Shown here piece by piece: positions 1 to 9,751 of a DNA stretch of 64,000 nucleotides. Position 1 is the first letter of the stretch. Each line of letters starts with the position of its first letter. The DNA is taken from the NCBI GenBank assembly GCA_047285535.1, contig JBJBDC010000001.1, positions 160,136 to 224,135 on the forward strand, read 5' to 3'. Both the position numbers and the translations under genes were made by a program. This DNA comes from Synechococcus sp. (GTDB lineage Bacteria; Cyanobacteriota; Cyanobacteriia; PCC-6307; Cyanobiaceae). The notes under the pieces were generated by a model, which searched no databases, had not been told where the DNA came from, and worked only from the letters and a program-made list of their open reading frames with translations.

Positions 1-132
1 TTCGGTCTTGACCCTAGTGAAACCACTCAGTTGGAGGCTTATATCCGCGAGTACTACGACACAATCCTCAAGCGCCTTCGCGATATGGAGGCAGATCTTG
101 ATAAGGATGCCAAGAAAAAGCTGCCGTTTTGA
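1..132 (+). CDS. ycf39: 3' end of NmrA/Ycf39-like NAD(P)-binding protein (partial)
   Basis: Frame 1 is open from base 1 (FGLDPSETTQLEAYIREYYDTILKRLRDMEADLDKDAKKKLPF*), resembling the C-terminus of picocyanobacterial Ycf39. Confidence 0.65.
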   Translation, partial: FGLDPSETTQLEAYIREYYDTILKRLRDMEADLDKDAKKKLPF

Positions 133-192
133 AAGCTTGATGGTTTGTTTGTACTAGCTTTGGCTAGAATTGATCTGCTTGTAAACGCTTGT

Positions 193-408
193 ATGTCCGC
201 GGCCCAAATCAAGAACCTTCAGCGACGACTCGATAACCTTTCTCGAGAAGCAGAAACTGAGCTCACCCGTGCCTGTGGTCATGAGCTTTGGCAGAGCGTC
301 GGTTTTGATGCCTTCGATGGTTTAGAGGACGCTAACCGCCGTGCAAGTGCCAACTACTACTACGGTCAGTGGCAAACAGTTCGCGAGCTTCAGGATGTGC
401 TGGGTTAG
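193..408 (+). CDS. Conserved hypothetical protein
   Basis: MSAAQIKNLQRRLDNL...NYYYGQWQTVRELQ; ATG at 193 preferred to the TTG at 145. Confidence 0.7.
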   Translation: MSAAQIKNLQRRLDNLSREAETELTRACGHELWQSVGFDAFDGLEDANRRASANYYYGQWQTVRELQDVLG

Positions 409-462
409 CTCTCCCATGAGCTAAGTCTGTTAAGAATGGTGCAAACCCTGAAATGTTTGCCA

Positions 463-1248
463 ATGGCGTCTTGTTGCGGCCCTACACCGTCTTCACTGGA
501 TCAGACGAAGGCGGTGCAAGATCGTTATGGAGCTGCGGCCATTGAGCAAGAAGCATGCCTTTGCACCCCAGTGGCGTTTGAGCCTTCCTTGCTAAAGCCT
601 ATTCCCAACGAAGTCGTTGAAAGGGATTACGGCTGTGGAGATCCCACACGTTGGGTTCAGGAAGGCGATACAGTCCTCGATCTTGGTAGTGGAAGTGGAA
701 AGAACGCCTTTATTTGTTCTCAGGTGGTGGGGGCGACAGGTCAAGTGATTGGTGTCGATTGCAATAAAGAGATGCTGGCCCTGTCTCGTGCTTCAGCACC
801 TGTGGTGGCAGAGCGCATTGGCTATGGAAATGTTTGTTTTCTAGAGGGTGCGATTGAGGCGCTTGATGCGACAGATGCTGAGGGAGAGCCCCTGGTGGCT
901 GATTCCAGCATTGATGTGGTGCTTAGTAATTGCGTCCTGAATCTGGTGAATCCTTCCGCACGCCAAATGCTGTTAAAGAACATTCGGCGTGTGCTTCGAC
1001 CTGCTGGTCGCGTTGCGATCAGCGACATTGTGAGTGATCGTCCGGTGCCGCTGACTCTTCAGCAGGACGCGGAGCTTTGGAGTGGCTGCATCAGTGGGGC
1101 CTGGTTGGAGGAGGCTTTTTTGGAGGATTTCCGAGCGCTAGGGCTTGAGCAGGTTCAGTACGCAGAGCGTTCTGAGACACCCTGGCGGGTTGTTGAGGGC
1201 ATCGAATTTCGCGCTGTCACGCTGACCGGTGCTTTGCCGAACCCCTGA
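463..1248 (+). CDS. SAM-dependent methyltransferase, arsenite methyltransferase (ArsM/AS3MT)-like
   Basis: VLDLGSGSG SAM motif; YGCGDP, SNCVLNL and WSGCISGA cysteine motifs typical of the ArsM family. Confidence 0.8.
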   Translation: MASCCGPTPSSLDQTKAVQDRYGAAAIEQEACLCTPVAFEPSLLKPIPNEVVERDYGCGDPTRWVQEGDTVLDLGSGSGKNAFICSQVVGATGQVIGVDCNKEMLALSRASAPVVAERIGYGNVCFLEGAIEALDATDAEGEPLVADSSIDVVLSNCVLNLVNPSARQMLLKNIRRVLRPAGRVAISDIVSDRPVPLTLQQDAELWSGCISGAWLEEAFLEDFRALGLEQVQYAERSETPWRVVEGIEFRAVTLTGALPNP

Positions 1249-1858
1249 GTAAACGCCGTAGGCGCTGATTCTCTGTGTGAGTCACCTGTCGCCAATCTCC
1301 AGATTTGAGTCCTTTGAGGCTGAGGTTCGAGTCTCCATCCATCAAGTCGATGGAGTAGCGGATGAGCCTCAGTGTGGGCAGGCCAACGGCTGCGGTCATT
1401 CGACGGACTTGGCGATTTCGTCCTTCTCTAAGTGCAAGAACAATCCAACAGGTCGGAATCGAACGACGCGTCCTAATTGGAGGGTCTCTTTCGGCGATCG
1501 ATTGTTGATCGCCATCCGAAAGGAATGTTGCTTTTGCGGGACGTGTTAGGCGTCCTTGAATCATCACTCCACGGCGAAGTTGATCAAGTTGGCTTTCCGT
1601 TGCGCATCCTTCAACTTGCACCCAGTACCGACGCCAGTGGCCGAAACGTGGATCCGTGAGTCGTTGTTGGAGGCGCCCATTCTCGGTAAGTAACAACAAA
1701 CCTTCGCTGTCAGCATCAAGGCGCCCAGCGGCATAAACATTCGGGATGGGTACCCAATCACTGAGGCAGCCCCACTGGCTTTGAGGTTCTGGAGTGAACT
1801 GACTCAGAACTCCATAGGGTTTGTGCAGAAGGAGGGTCAGTTGTGAACTCCGAAGCAA
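1217..1858 (-). CDS. rluE: rRNA pseudouridine synthase (RsuA family, RluE-like)
   Basis: HKPYGVLSQF, AGRLDADSEGLLLLT, EGRNRQVRRMTAAVG motifs; start codon uncertain. Confidence 0.9.
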   Translation of the reverse strand: MLRSSQLTLLLHKPYGVLSQFTPEPQSQWGCLSDWVPIPNVYAAGRLDADSEGLLLLTENGRLQQRLTDPRFGHWRRYWVQVEGCATESQLDQLRRGVMIQGRLTRPAKATFLSDGDQQSIAERDPPIRTRRSIPTCWIVLALREGRNRQVRRMTAAVGLPTLRLIRYSIDLMDGDSNLSLKGLKSGDWRQVTHTENQRLRRLLRGSAKHRSA

Positions 1859-2085
1859 AGCAAGAGTGCTTCACCCCAACTGGATGCCTTGTTGAGATGG
1901 TCATCATGAAGATGCTTGATCTTGTCCGCTTGCATTTTCATGAGAGTGGCCTGGCTGAATTCATGTCCTTTTTCGGCTGCAAGATTCACGACATGAGCAG
2001 GTGTGGGTGCCTCTCGAACCTGTTCCCGCAACTGAGAATCGGATTGAACCAGGGAGGTGAAGGCAATCAGAGCTGATTCAGACAC
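1837..2085 (-). CDS. Nif11-like leader peptide family protein
   Basis: MSESALIAFTSLVQSDSQLREQVREA...VVNLAAEKGHEFS fits the Nif11 leader pattern. Confidence 0.8.
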   Translation of the reverse strand: MSESALIAFTSLVQSDSQLREQVREAPTPAHVVNLAAEKGHEFSQATLMKMQADKIKHLHDDHLNKASSWGEALLLCFGVHN

Positions 2086-2314
2086 GGAAACAATTCAGAA
2101 CTAGTGGACACGCTAATTCGCGTTCTGACGGTTACGCCAGAGATTCACAGCGCCAATCGAGATCAATAAAAGGCCTAGGTCGAGCGACAGCGGGGGGAGG
2201 ATCACGTTGTTGTCGATAAAGATTCAGACCTTAAAGAGTGTTGTGCAGTCATTGTGGAAATGAACTGGAGGTGGCCTTCTAAACTGGCACTCATGAACAC
2301 GTTGACCTTGGCGA

Positions 2315-2584
2315 ATGATTGAGACCTCGGGTGTCATTGAAAAAGAGCAGGGGAACGGGTTTTATCTCGTGACCTTGGAGCAGCCCGCTGGTCACCAGTG
2401 CCTGTGCCGTGCAGCGGGCAAGCTCACAAAATTCCGAATCAAGTTGCTCGCAGGTGACAAGGTCTTGGTGGAAATCAGTCCTTATGACCTGACCCGTGGG
2501 CGGATTACTTACCGGGAGCGAAATGCTGGTGCGCCTGGAGGGCGTCCCGGTGGTAACCGCCCGGGTGGCCCCCGTCGCCGTTGA
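2315..2584 (+). CDS. infA: Translation initiation factor IF-1
   Basis: IKLLAGDKVLVEISPYDLTRGRITYR with a Gly/Pro/Arg tail. Confidence 0.95.
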   Translation: MIETSGVIEKEQGNGFYLVTLEQPAGHQCLCRAAGKLTKFRIKLLAGDKVLVEISPYDLTRGRITYRERNAGAPGGRPGGNRPGGPRRR

Positions 2585-2585
2585 A

Positions 2586-3950
2586 TTATTGGTCCTTAAG
2601 CAGGGCCTCAATTGCCTCTTTGAATTCACTGCGCTGTTTGACGCCCCTCCATTGCTTTTGCAGGGATTTCTTAAAGAACAATTGAACTGTTGGGGTGCCG
2701 TTGACACCGGCCTGCTCCGCAATTTCCTGATCGACCTCGATGTCAATGTCGACTCCTTGAGCCTGCCCATTCAGTTCAGACAGCAGCCTTTTGAGCTGTG
2801 GTTTCAGCACATGACAGGGGCCACAGCCTGGAGAGCTGTAAATCACAAGCAGGGGTTTGTTGCTCTCGTGATAAAGCTTGCGGAGCGCATAGCTGCCTTT
2901 TTGCCATTGAGCGGTGGACTCATAAGTAGTTTCTGTTGTGGTTTCAGTGCTTTGAAGAGTTGTGGTCTTTTTAGGCTCCACAACATCACGGCTGATGCGA
3001 GTGGCCAAGTCGTGATGGCTTAACCACCGTTCTGCGGCAAGCGCTGCTTGACAACCGCTTCCCGCGGCCGTGATGCCTTGGCGCCATTCCGCATCACTGA
3101 CGTCACCTGCAGCGAAAACACCTTCCAATGAGGTCTCTGGTCTGCCAGGTTGGGTCACCAAATATCCCCTGGGGTCACAATCCAACTGGCCTCTCAATAA
3201 TTCGGTGTTGGGTGTGTGGCCAATGGCATAAAACATGCCGCGCACGGGCAAAATCTCCTCTTGGCCGCTATCTCTCTGACGAAGGCGTAGAAGGTTCATC
3301 CAGTCTGCTCCTTCCACCGTGACCACCTCGGTGTTCCAGTGAACCGTGATTTGGGGATTGGCTTCAACGCGATTCGCCATGGCCGCACTGGCTCGCAAAT
3401 GATCGGAGCGAACCAGCAGGTGGACATGACTGCCGTACTTGGTGAGGTAAACCGCTTCTTCGCAAGCGGAATCTCCTCCTCCCACTACCGCCAACTCTTC
3501 GTTGCGAAACTGGGGTGTGGCTCCATCGCAAATGGCGCAAGCGCTGATTCCCTTGCTCCAGAACTGATCTTCGTTTGGTATTCCCAAACGGTTGGCGCTA
3601 GCTCCAGTGGCAATGATTAGCGATTGGGTATGGATCGTTTGGCCATCTGCCTTGATGGTGTAGGGCCTCTGGCTTAGGTCGATGTCATCTGCATCGGCTT
3701 CGAGTAGCTGAGTCCCCCATCGTTCTGCCTGGGCTTTCATGAGGTCCATTAGTTTGGGCCCGAGAACACCATCTGGAAATCCAGGAAAATTCTCCACATG
3801 GGTTGTGGTCATTAGTTGACCACCTGGGATGCCTCCTCGCCGAAACCCTGTAATCAGGAGTGGGTTCAGGTTGGCTCTAGCCGCATAAATAGCAGCTGTA
3901 TAACCCGCCGGGCCGGATCCAACGATCACAAGATTCTCGCTTGCACCCAT
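2586..3950 (-). CDS. trxB: NADPH-thioredoxin reductase fused to a C-terminal thioredoxin domain (NTRC type)
   Basis: GSGPAG FAD motif, CAIC redox motif, GGGDSA NADPH motif, C-terminal CGPC thioredoxin domain. Confidence 0.95.
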   Translation of the reverse strand: MGASENLVIVGSGPAGYTAAIYAARANLNPLLITGFRRGGIPGGQLMTTTHVENFPGFPDGVLGPKLMDLMKAQAERWGTQLLEADADDIDLSQRPYTIKADGQTIHTQSLIIATGASANRLGIPNEDQFWSKGISACAICDGATPQFRNEELAVVGGGDSACEEAVYLTKYGSHVHLLVRSDHLRASAAMANRVEANPQITVHWNTEVVTVEGADWMNLLRLRQRDSGQEEILPVRGMFYAIGHTPNTELLRGQLDCDPRGYLVTQPGRPETSLEGVFAAGDVSDAEWRQGITAAGSGCQAALAAERWLSHHDLATRISRDVVEPKKTTTLQSTETTTETTYESTAQWQKGSYALRKLYHESNKPLLVIYSSPGCGPCHVLKPQLKRLLSELNGQAQGVDIDIEVDQEIAEQAGVNGTPTVQLFFKKSLQKQWRGVKQRSEFKEAIEALLKDQ

Positions 3951-4076
3951 GGCTTATGCGTAATGAGTATGAGTTGAATCTAAACAGCCGTTATTCGTGA
4001 TTGGTTTTCTTTAATGTGTATCTCAGTAATCGCAAACTTCAGCTAAGCGCAAGAAAAGCAGGTCTTTATTATTTCT

Positions 4077-4325
4077 TCAGATTCCCACGGAGTCTTCTGC
4101 TCCCTCTTCCAGGTCGTGGCTTTGGCGCATGTTTGGGAATTGACCCACGCTCATTACAGAATCAGCAAAAAGCTCAGGACTTTCTCCTATACATGTGATC
4201 CATTCTCGGAATTCTTGGGTCAATGCGTAGCTGTCTTCATAGCGTTCTGAGCTGTCTAGAGCTGTGATCCTGGTTGTTGCCCAGCAGGTGGCAACACTGA
4301 CACGTCGTTCAAGTGCTGCATCCAT
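4077..4325 (-). CDS. Conserved hypothetical protein
   Basis: MDAALERRVSVATCWATTRI...YEDSYALTQEFREWITCIGE. Confidence 0.65.
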   Translation of the reverse strand: MDAALERRVSVATCWATTRITALDSSERYEDSYALTQEFREWITCIGESPELFADSVMSVGQFPNMRQSHDLEEGAEDSVGI

Positions 4326-4421
4326 GACTAACTCCCAGATCGGCACCACATTGCCTGATAGAGGTCCAACAAAGTGTTTGATTTCGCACAACTTCGCATT
4401 TTTTTCTTAGTGAAGAAGTAT

Positions 4422-5864
4422 TCATTGCTGCAAAAAATTGGGTAATTGGGGAGCTCTTAGTCGAATCACAGCGCCAGCTCCGTCGTTTACAGCCTCTAAG
4501 GGCAGGCTGGGACCTCTCCACGAGTTCAAGTTGATGGGGGTGTCTGCTCCAACCCCCTGCTGTAGAGGATGGATTCGATAAGGCTCTGAAAGAGACCAGC
4601 TGCGGGCGTAGCTCATGAGCAATGGGTCAGCTGGTGCGAAAACATAGGAAGGATCTCTGGGTACAGTTTCAGCCGCTGCCCGAGTACTGCACATCCTTAC
4701 CGCTCTGGTGATGCCTTGCACGAATCGACTGCGGGTCACGACGGTTGTGAGGTATGCAACAACACGCAAGCGTGGGGCATCGAATCCTTCGGCGCACATG
4801 TCAATACTGACAAGCCAGTCCGCACCACCTTCTTGAAAACCACTTAGTCGTGAAGCGGCCTCTGGATCTTGGGAATGCACGAGGTCAACGCAATCGCCCT
4901 GTTCTCTGAGCAGCGCGCTGATCGATCTGGCGTGAGAGATGTCTTTTGCGATGACAAGACCTCCTGCGCCTGGGTGGTGTTCGCGCACCTGTTCAAGCTT
5001 GCGTCGCGCTCTGATCAAGAGTTGCTGACCAATGCTGCTTGTATTGGAAAGACCAACCGCACGGCGTAAGTTCCTTGCTCTCCAGCTTTCTCGCTTCTCT
5101 GCAGACAGCGGGGAGACGTCGCAATCGGGTAATCCCGGTCGGCGGTGCTCCACCCATCCATCTTGAAAGCGAAATTCCAGTGGCCGCACATCGCCCGCAG
5201 CGATGAGCTCCCTGGGTTCGACGCACAGGTCAGGGCAGATCTGTTCTACCAGTTGACCGCCTTCCTGGATACGGACCCGTCTTGCGGCACAGAAGGCGAG
5301 ATTGTCGGCTCGAAAGGGGGTGCCTGTTAGCCCCATCCTTAATCGAGACTTGTTGCTGAGCTCTAAGAAGGTCCGTCCCCAAACTGGACCCTCCGGTTCT
5401 TCTGGATCCACGCCAAGGTGATGCGCTTCGTCGGCAATGGCCAGGAGTTGATCCCCACCCCATGGATCAAGCGCTTGTTTCAGCACATCCAGTTGGCTTG
5501 CCGCACTTTGGTAAGTCACCATCCACCCATCGGCTTCTTTGATATTGGTTGTCGATTCAGACCAGTGCTCCAAGCGCAGACCGACTCTCTCGGCGGATCT
5601 GCGCCATTGGCTGAGGATTGATGTGCGATGACACAAGACTAAAAAGCACCTCAGCTTGCTTTCCTGCTGCATGGCTTTAAATCCGAGCAGGGCCCCAAGG
5701 GTTTTGCCTGCACCAGGTCCTGCATGAATCAGCACATCTCTCCCGTGGCTTGCCTCTGGATCAAGTCGTCTGCGTAAAAGCTGAACCAGTTGTTGCTGCC
5801 ACTGACGGGGTTGGATCGTGCCTCGCGGGGTGTCTCTTGGGAGCTCAAACGAGGGATGTTGGAT
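4422..5864 (-). CDS. Superfamily II DEAH-box helicase
   Basis: GPGAGKT, ADEAHH, GLTGTPFR, EGFDAP, QGITRAVR. The frame is open upstream of the called GTG (5735) through a PRQWQ Q-motif to an ATC at 5864; true start uncertain. Confidence 0.88.
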   Translation of the reverse strand: MQHPSFELPRDTPRGTIQPRQWQQQLVQLLRRRLDPEASHGRDVLIHAGPGAGKTLGALLGFKAMQQESKLRCFLVLCHRTSILSQWRRSAERVGLRLEHWSESTTNIKEADGWMVTYQSAASQLDVLKQALDPWGGDQLLAIADEAHHLGVDPEEPEGPVWGRTFLELSNKSRLRMGLTGTPFRADNLAFCAARRVRIQEGGQLVEQICPDLCVEPRELIAAGDVRPLEFRFQDGWVEHRRPGLPDCDVSPLSAEKRESWRARNLRRAVGLSNTSSIGQQLLIRARRKLEQVREHHPGAGGLVIAKDISHARSISALLREQGDCVDLVHSQDPEAASRLSGFQEGGADWLVSIDMCAEGFDAPRLRVVAYLTTVVTRSRFVQGITRAVRMCSTRAAAETVPRDPSYVFAPADPLLMSYARSWSLSEPYRIHPLQQGVGADTPINLNSWRGPSLPLEAVNDGAGAVIRLRAPQLPNFLQQ

Positions 5865-5880
5865 CGGTCAGCCGCGAAAG

Positions 5881-6120
5881 TTAGGTCTTTCTAACCATTC
5901 CAACCGCTGATGCCACCCTTAGCTTCCAATCAACAGCTCTTGGGGTTTCCGGCCCCCTGCCTCGATGGCCAAAAGCCGTTCTCGTTACCCATCGCGATCT
6001 GATCAGCGTCAGCAGCTCGAGCATTGCTGGCCACTTGAATGTGACATCGATCCATTGATCTTGAGGCTTCGTTGGCTTGAGCACCAAGGGCAATGGCCCC
6101 TGGTGCAAGCGCTTGAGCAA
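5881..6120 (-). CDS. Hypothetical protein
   Basis: Co-directional ORF filling the gap between two genes; no motif recognised. Confidence 0.35.
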   Translation of the reverse strand: MLKRLHQGPLPLVLKPTKPQDQWIDVTFKWPAMLELLTLIRSRWVTRTAFGHRGRGPETPRAVDWKLRVASAVGMVRKT

Positions 6121-6159
6121 GAGCTTCTTCCTCTGTTCTAAAAAGTTGGCTGCTTTGAA

Positions 6160-6750
6160 TTAAAGGGACTCACTGTGATTGCAAAGCAGACGCTCGACTT
6201 CCATAAGACCTTCATCTGCAGCAATTTGAGCCCGTTGTTCATCTCCACCTGCTGCAACCTTTAATCGTGAGACAAGACGGTCCACCAAGATCGCGCGCCT
6301 GTCATGGAGCATGGTCAACAGTTCTTCTTCAATCAGCTGCCGCACTGCATTGCTGCGCAGATGATCGTCGGAAGCTTCATCAAAGGTTCCCTGGACAAGT
6401 TCCTGGATGAAAAGGCGATGCACTTCGCTGCTGCGTAGGAAGCTCTCTGTCGCATTGATCATTCCATCCACCAGGGTTCGATCTGGCTCGGCATCCGTTT
6501 CAGACTTTTTGTTTTGCAGCTTGAATTCCCAATCCAGGTGGCGACGTTGCCAGCCAGCTGCATGCAGGCTCGGCATCACTGATTGAGAAAATGTGTCAAC
6601 GGACATTTCGTAAATCCGTTCCGCGAGACGTTCACACCATTCCCTTCCGTGTTCGGCAAGGAGTTCTTCCATGGTGTTGCGATTCACTGCGTGGCCCCCG
6701 TGATGGCTGTGACAGACGCCATCGGGGCATTCAATTGCGGAGAGACCCAT
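6160..6750 (-). CDS. Conserved picocyanobacterial protein with N-terminal Cys/His motif (often labelled EF-1 guanine nucleotide exchange domain protein)
   Basis: MGLSAIECPDGVCHSHHGGH..., WQRRHLDWEFKL. Confidence 0.75.
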   Translation of the reverse strand: MGLSAIECPDGVCHSHHGGHAVNRNTMEELLAEHGREWCERLAERIYEMSVDTFSQSVMPSLHAAGWQRRHLDWEFKLQNKKSETDAEPDRTLVDGMINATESFLRSSEVHRLFIQELVQGTFDEASDDHLRSNAVRQLIEEELLTMLHDRRAILVDRLVSRLKVAAGGDEQRAQIAADEGLMEVERLLCNHSESL

Positions 6751-6863
6751 ATGGTTATAAATCCAACCCTTGGGTTAGCCAAAACTGAAGAACAAGTCAG
6801 CTTCTTCAGAAAAGATGCGTATAAGGAACGATGACCCCGTAATCTCGCCGGGGTGGCGGCACA

Positions 6864-8012
6864 ATGATTTTGCCCAGACTCCTTATCCCGATTGAAAGCG
6901 CAGCGGCTGAAACCCGTGTGTCTGCTTCACCCGAGACTCTAAAAAAATTTATCGCTCTCGGATGCTCCGTTGCCGTTGAGCGGGGTGCCGGAGTTCTTTC
7001 CGGTTTCCTTGACAAGGCTTACGCAGACGCTGGAGCCGATTTGGTCTCTCCAGGGGACGAACAAGTCTGGAGGCAGGCTGACGTTTTGCTTTGTGTTCAA
7101 TGCCCTAGTCCTGAATCTCTTGGACGGTTGCGCAAGACAGCCTTAGTGGTGGGCATGTTGTCGCCCTACGGCAATCAAGAGCTTGCAGAAGCTCTGAAAG
7201 GTTATGGTCTCTCGGCGATGGCTCTTGAGCTCCTCCCTCGTATCAGTCGAGCCCAGTCAGCTGATGTCCTTTCATCTCAAGCCAACATTGCTGGTTACAA
7301 AGCAGTGCTTCTTGGGGCGGCGGCCTTGGATCGTTATTTCCCGATGCTGATGACGGCTGCTGGTACCGTTCAGCCCGCAAGGGTTCTGGTGCTTGGTGCT
7401 GGAGTTGCGGGTCTACAGGCTGTTGCAACAGCGCGAAGGCTTGGTGCAGTCGTTTATGTGAGCGACATTCGACCTGCCGTGAAAGAGCAGGTGGAATCAC
7501 TCGGCGCCCGCTTCATCGATCCACCTGAAATGGAAGACAAGCCAGCTGAATCGGGCGGTTACGCCAAGCAGGCCTCAGATGCGTTTTTGGCCGCGCAGAG
7601 ACAACAATTGTCCGACCAGCTTGCCCAGGCCGACGTCGCGATTTGCACAGCCCAAGTGCCGGGACGACGCGCTCCGCGTTTGATCAGTGAGGACATGCTT
7701 GATCGCATGCGTTCTGGGTCGGTGGTCGTTGACCTGGCGGTTGCGCAGGGTGGTAATTGTGCAGACACCGTGCCGTCCCAAACGGTGAATCGCAAAGGCG
7801 TGAAGCTGATTGGTGCGAATGAACTTCCGTGCAGCGTTCCAAATCACGCCAGTTCGTTGTATGCCCGAAATCTTTTGGCCTTATTGCAGCCAACCTTTCA
7901 TGACGGCCAGCTGACGCTCGATCTCAAGGACGAGTTGATCGCTGGTTGTTTGATCGCTCATAACGGCAGCATTTGCCGTGGAGATGTCCTTACTCCTGGA
8001 GGTTCCAACTGA
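6864..8012 (+). CDS. pntA: NAD(P) transhydrogenase alpha subunit, part 1
   Basis: ETRVSASPE, PRISRAQSADVLSSQANIAGYKAV, GAGVAGLQA. Confidence 0.96.
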   Translation: MILPRLLIPIESAAAETRVSASPETLKKFIALGCSVAVERGAGVLSGFLDKAYADAGADLVSPGDEQVWRQADVLLCVQCPSPESLGRLRKTALVVGMLSPYGNQELAEALKGYGLSAMALELLPRISRAQSADVLSSQANIAGYKAVLLGAAALDRYFPMLMTAAGTVQPARVLVLGAGVAGLQAVATARRLGAVVYVSDIRPAVKEQVESLGARFIDPPEMEDKPAESGGYAKQASDAFLAAQRQQLSDQLAQADVAICTAQVPGRRAPRLISEDMLDRMRSGSVVVDLAVAQGGNCADTVPSQTVNRKGVKLIGANELPCSVPNHASSLYARNLLALLQPTFHDGQLTLDLKDELIAGCLIAHNGSICRGDVLTPGGSN

Positions 8013-8320
8013 TGTCGTTTTTAAGTGAAGCCCTCTGGGTTCTGCTGCTCGGCAGCCTTTTGGGTCTGGAACTGATCGGCAAAGTGCCCCCCACTTTGCA
8101 TACCCCTTTAATGAGTGGCGCTAACGCCATCTCGGGTATCACGGTCTTAGCCGCACTCACCTTGATTGTTAAGGCTGGAAATGACGGCAATACGCCTTTG
8201 TTGGCCCTGGGTGCAGTGTCCTTAGGTTTCGCCCTTTTCAATGTGATTGGAGGCTTTTTGGTCACCGATCGAATGCTGGCCATGTTCAGCCGTAAGTCCA
8301 CCCGCAAGGAGAATCGCTGA
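8012..8320 (+). CDS. pntA: NAD(P) transhydrogenase alpha subunit, part 2 (membrane)
   Basis: KVPPTLHTPLMSGANAISG, GGFLVTDRMLAMF; TGATG coupling to the upstream gene. Confidence 0.95.
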   Translation: MSFLSEALWVLLLGSLLGLELIGKVPPTLHTPLMSGANAISGITVLAALTLIVKAGNDGNTPLLALGAVSLGFALFNVIGGFLVTDRMLAMFSRKSTRKENR

Positions 8321-9744
8321 TGAGCACTGCTGTCATTGTTAAGTACGCGATCGACCTGGTCGCCGTGCTCCTGCTTGCTCTGGGAATTAAGGGGCTCTCC
8401 AAGGTTCGTTCAGCGCGGGCGGCTAATCGTTTGGCTGCCTTCGCCATGGCTCTCGCTGTCTTGGGAGTGTTAGTTGATTCTTTCGCAGGTGGGATCTCAG
8501 CCTCTGCCTGGAGTTGGATCATCGCAGGCGTCGTTGTTGGTGGTTTGTTAGGGGCGATTACGGCTCAACGGGTGCCGATGACCTCGATGCCCGAGATCGT
8601 GGCGCTGTTTAACGGCTGCGGTGGAATGTCCTCTCTCCTGGTCGCCCTGGGGGTTGCACTTTTCCCTGTTATGGGAGGGCAAGGGGAATCGCGCATCGTT
8701 GAGGCGATCTCCATAGTGATCTCTATTTTCGTTGGTTCGATCACCTTTACCGGTTCGATTGTGGCGATGGCCAAGCTTCAGGGCTGGCTATCCACTCCTT
8801 CTTGGATGCAGAGCAAGGTACGCCATGTTGTGAATATTGCGTTGGCGGTTGTGTCTCTGATCGCTGCGATCGAGATGATCCGCACCGATGGAACTGGCCT
8901 TTGGCTGCTGGTTGTGGCTTCTGCTTTGCTCGGGGTGGGAGTCACCCTGCCGATCGGCGGGGCTGATATGCCCGTTGTAATTTCTTTGCTGAACAGCTAT
9001 TCCGGTGTTGCAGCTGCAGCTGCAGGTTTCGTGGTTGGAAGTCAGCTGCTGATCGTCGCTGGGGCCATGGTGGGAGCTGCTGGCCTGATTCTCACTCAGG
9101 TGATGTGCAACGGCATGAATCGCTCATTGGTGTCTGTGCTGTTTGGCGGAGCCCTGGGCGCTTCCTCAGCCACTTCAGGCGGCGGCGGCGAATACGTGAA
9201 TATCACGAGCTGCAGCGCTGAGGAGTGCGCCCTCACCCTTGAAGCTGCAGAACGGGTGATCATCGTTCCAGGCTATGGCTTGGCTGTGGCTCAAGCCCAG
9301 CACACTCTGCGAGAAGTGACCCGATCTTTGGAGTCTGCTGGAATTGAAGTGGCTTATGCCATCCATCCTGTGGCAGGACGGATGCCTGGTCACATGAATG
9401 TGTTGCTTGCCGAGGCTGATGTGCCCTATGAGCAGCTCAAGGAGATGGAAGTCATCAACCCAGAGTTCCCTGCTACCGATGTGGTGCTGGTGCTTGGCGC
9501 TAACGATGTGGTCAACCCGCAGGCCAAGACGGATCCCAATTCACCGCTCTATGGCATGCCGGTGCTCGATGTGCAGCAGGCTCGAACGGTATTTGTTGTG
9601 AAACGAGGCATGAGTGCTGGCTATTCCGGTATCAAGAATGACTTATTTGAACTTGGCAACACATCAATGTTGTTTGGTGATGCCAAGAAGGTGCTTGGAG
9701 ATCTTTTGGGAGAACTTAAGGAGTTAGGCGTCGGTAAGAAATGA
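8320..9744 (+). CDS. pntB: NAD(P) transhydrogenase beta subunit
   Basis: PIGGADMPVVISLLNSYSG, HPVAGRMPGHMNVLLAEA, GANDVVNP. Confidence 0.97.
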   Translation: MSTAVIVKYAIDLVAVLLLALGIKGLSKVRSARAANRLAAFAMALAVLGVLVDSFAGGISASAWSWIIAGVVVGGLLGAITAQRVPMTSMPEIVALFNGCGGMSSLLVALGVALFPVMGGQGESRIVEAISIVISIFVGSITFTGSIVAMAKLQGWLSTPSWMQSKVRHVVNIALAVVSLIAAIEMIRTDGTGLWLLVVASALLGVGVTLPIGGADMPVVISLLNSYSGVAAAAAGFVVGSQLLIVAGAMVGAAGLILTQVMCNGMNRSLVSVLFGGALGASSATSGGGGEYVNITSCSAEECALTLEAAERVIIVPGYGLAVAQAQHTLREVTRSLESAGIEVAYAIHPVAGRMPGHMNVLLAEADVPYEQLKEMEVINPEFPATDVVLVLGANDVVNPQAKTDPNSPLYGMPVLDVQQARTVFVVKRGMSAGYSGIKNDLFELGNTSMLFGDAKKVLGDLLGELKELGVGKK

Positions 9745-9751
9745 CGGGCCA

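Noticed and set aside
4422..5864. Helicase as part of a restriction or anti-phage system
   Set aside because: No methylase or nuclease partner; embedded in core-like DNA among housekeeping genes
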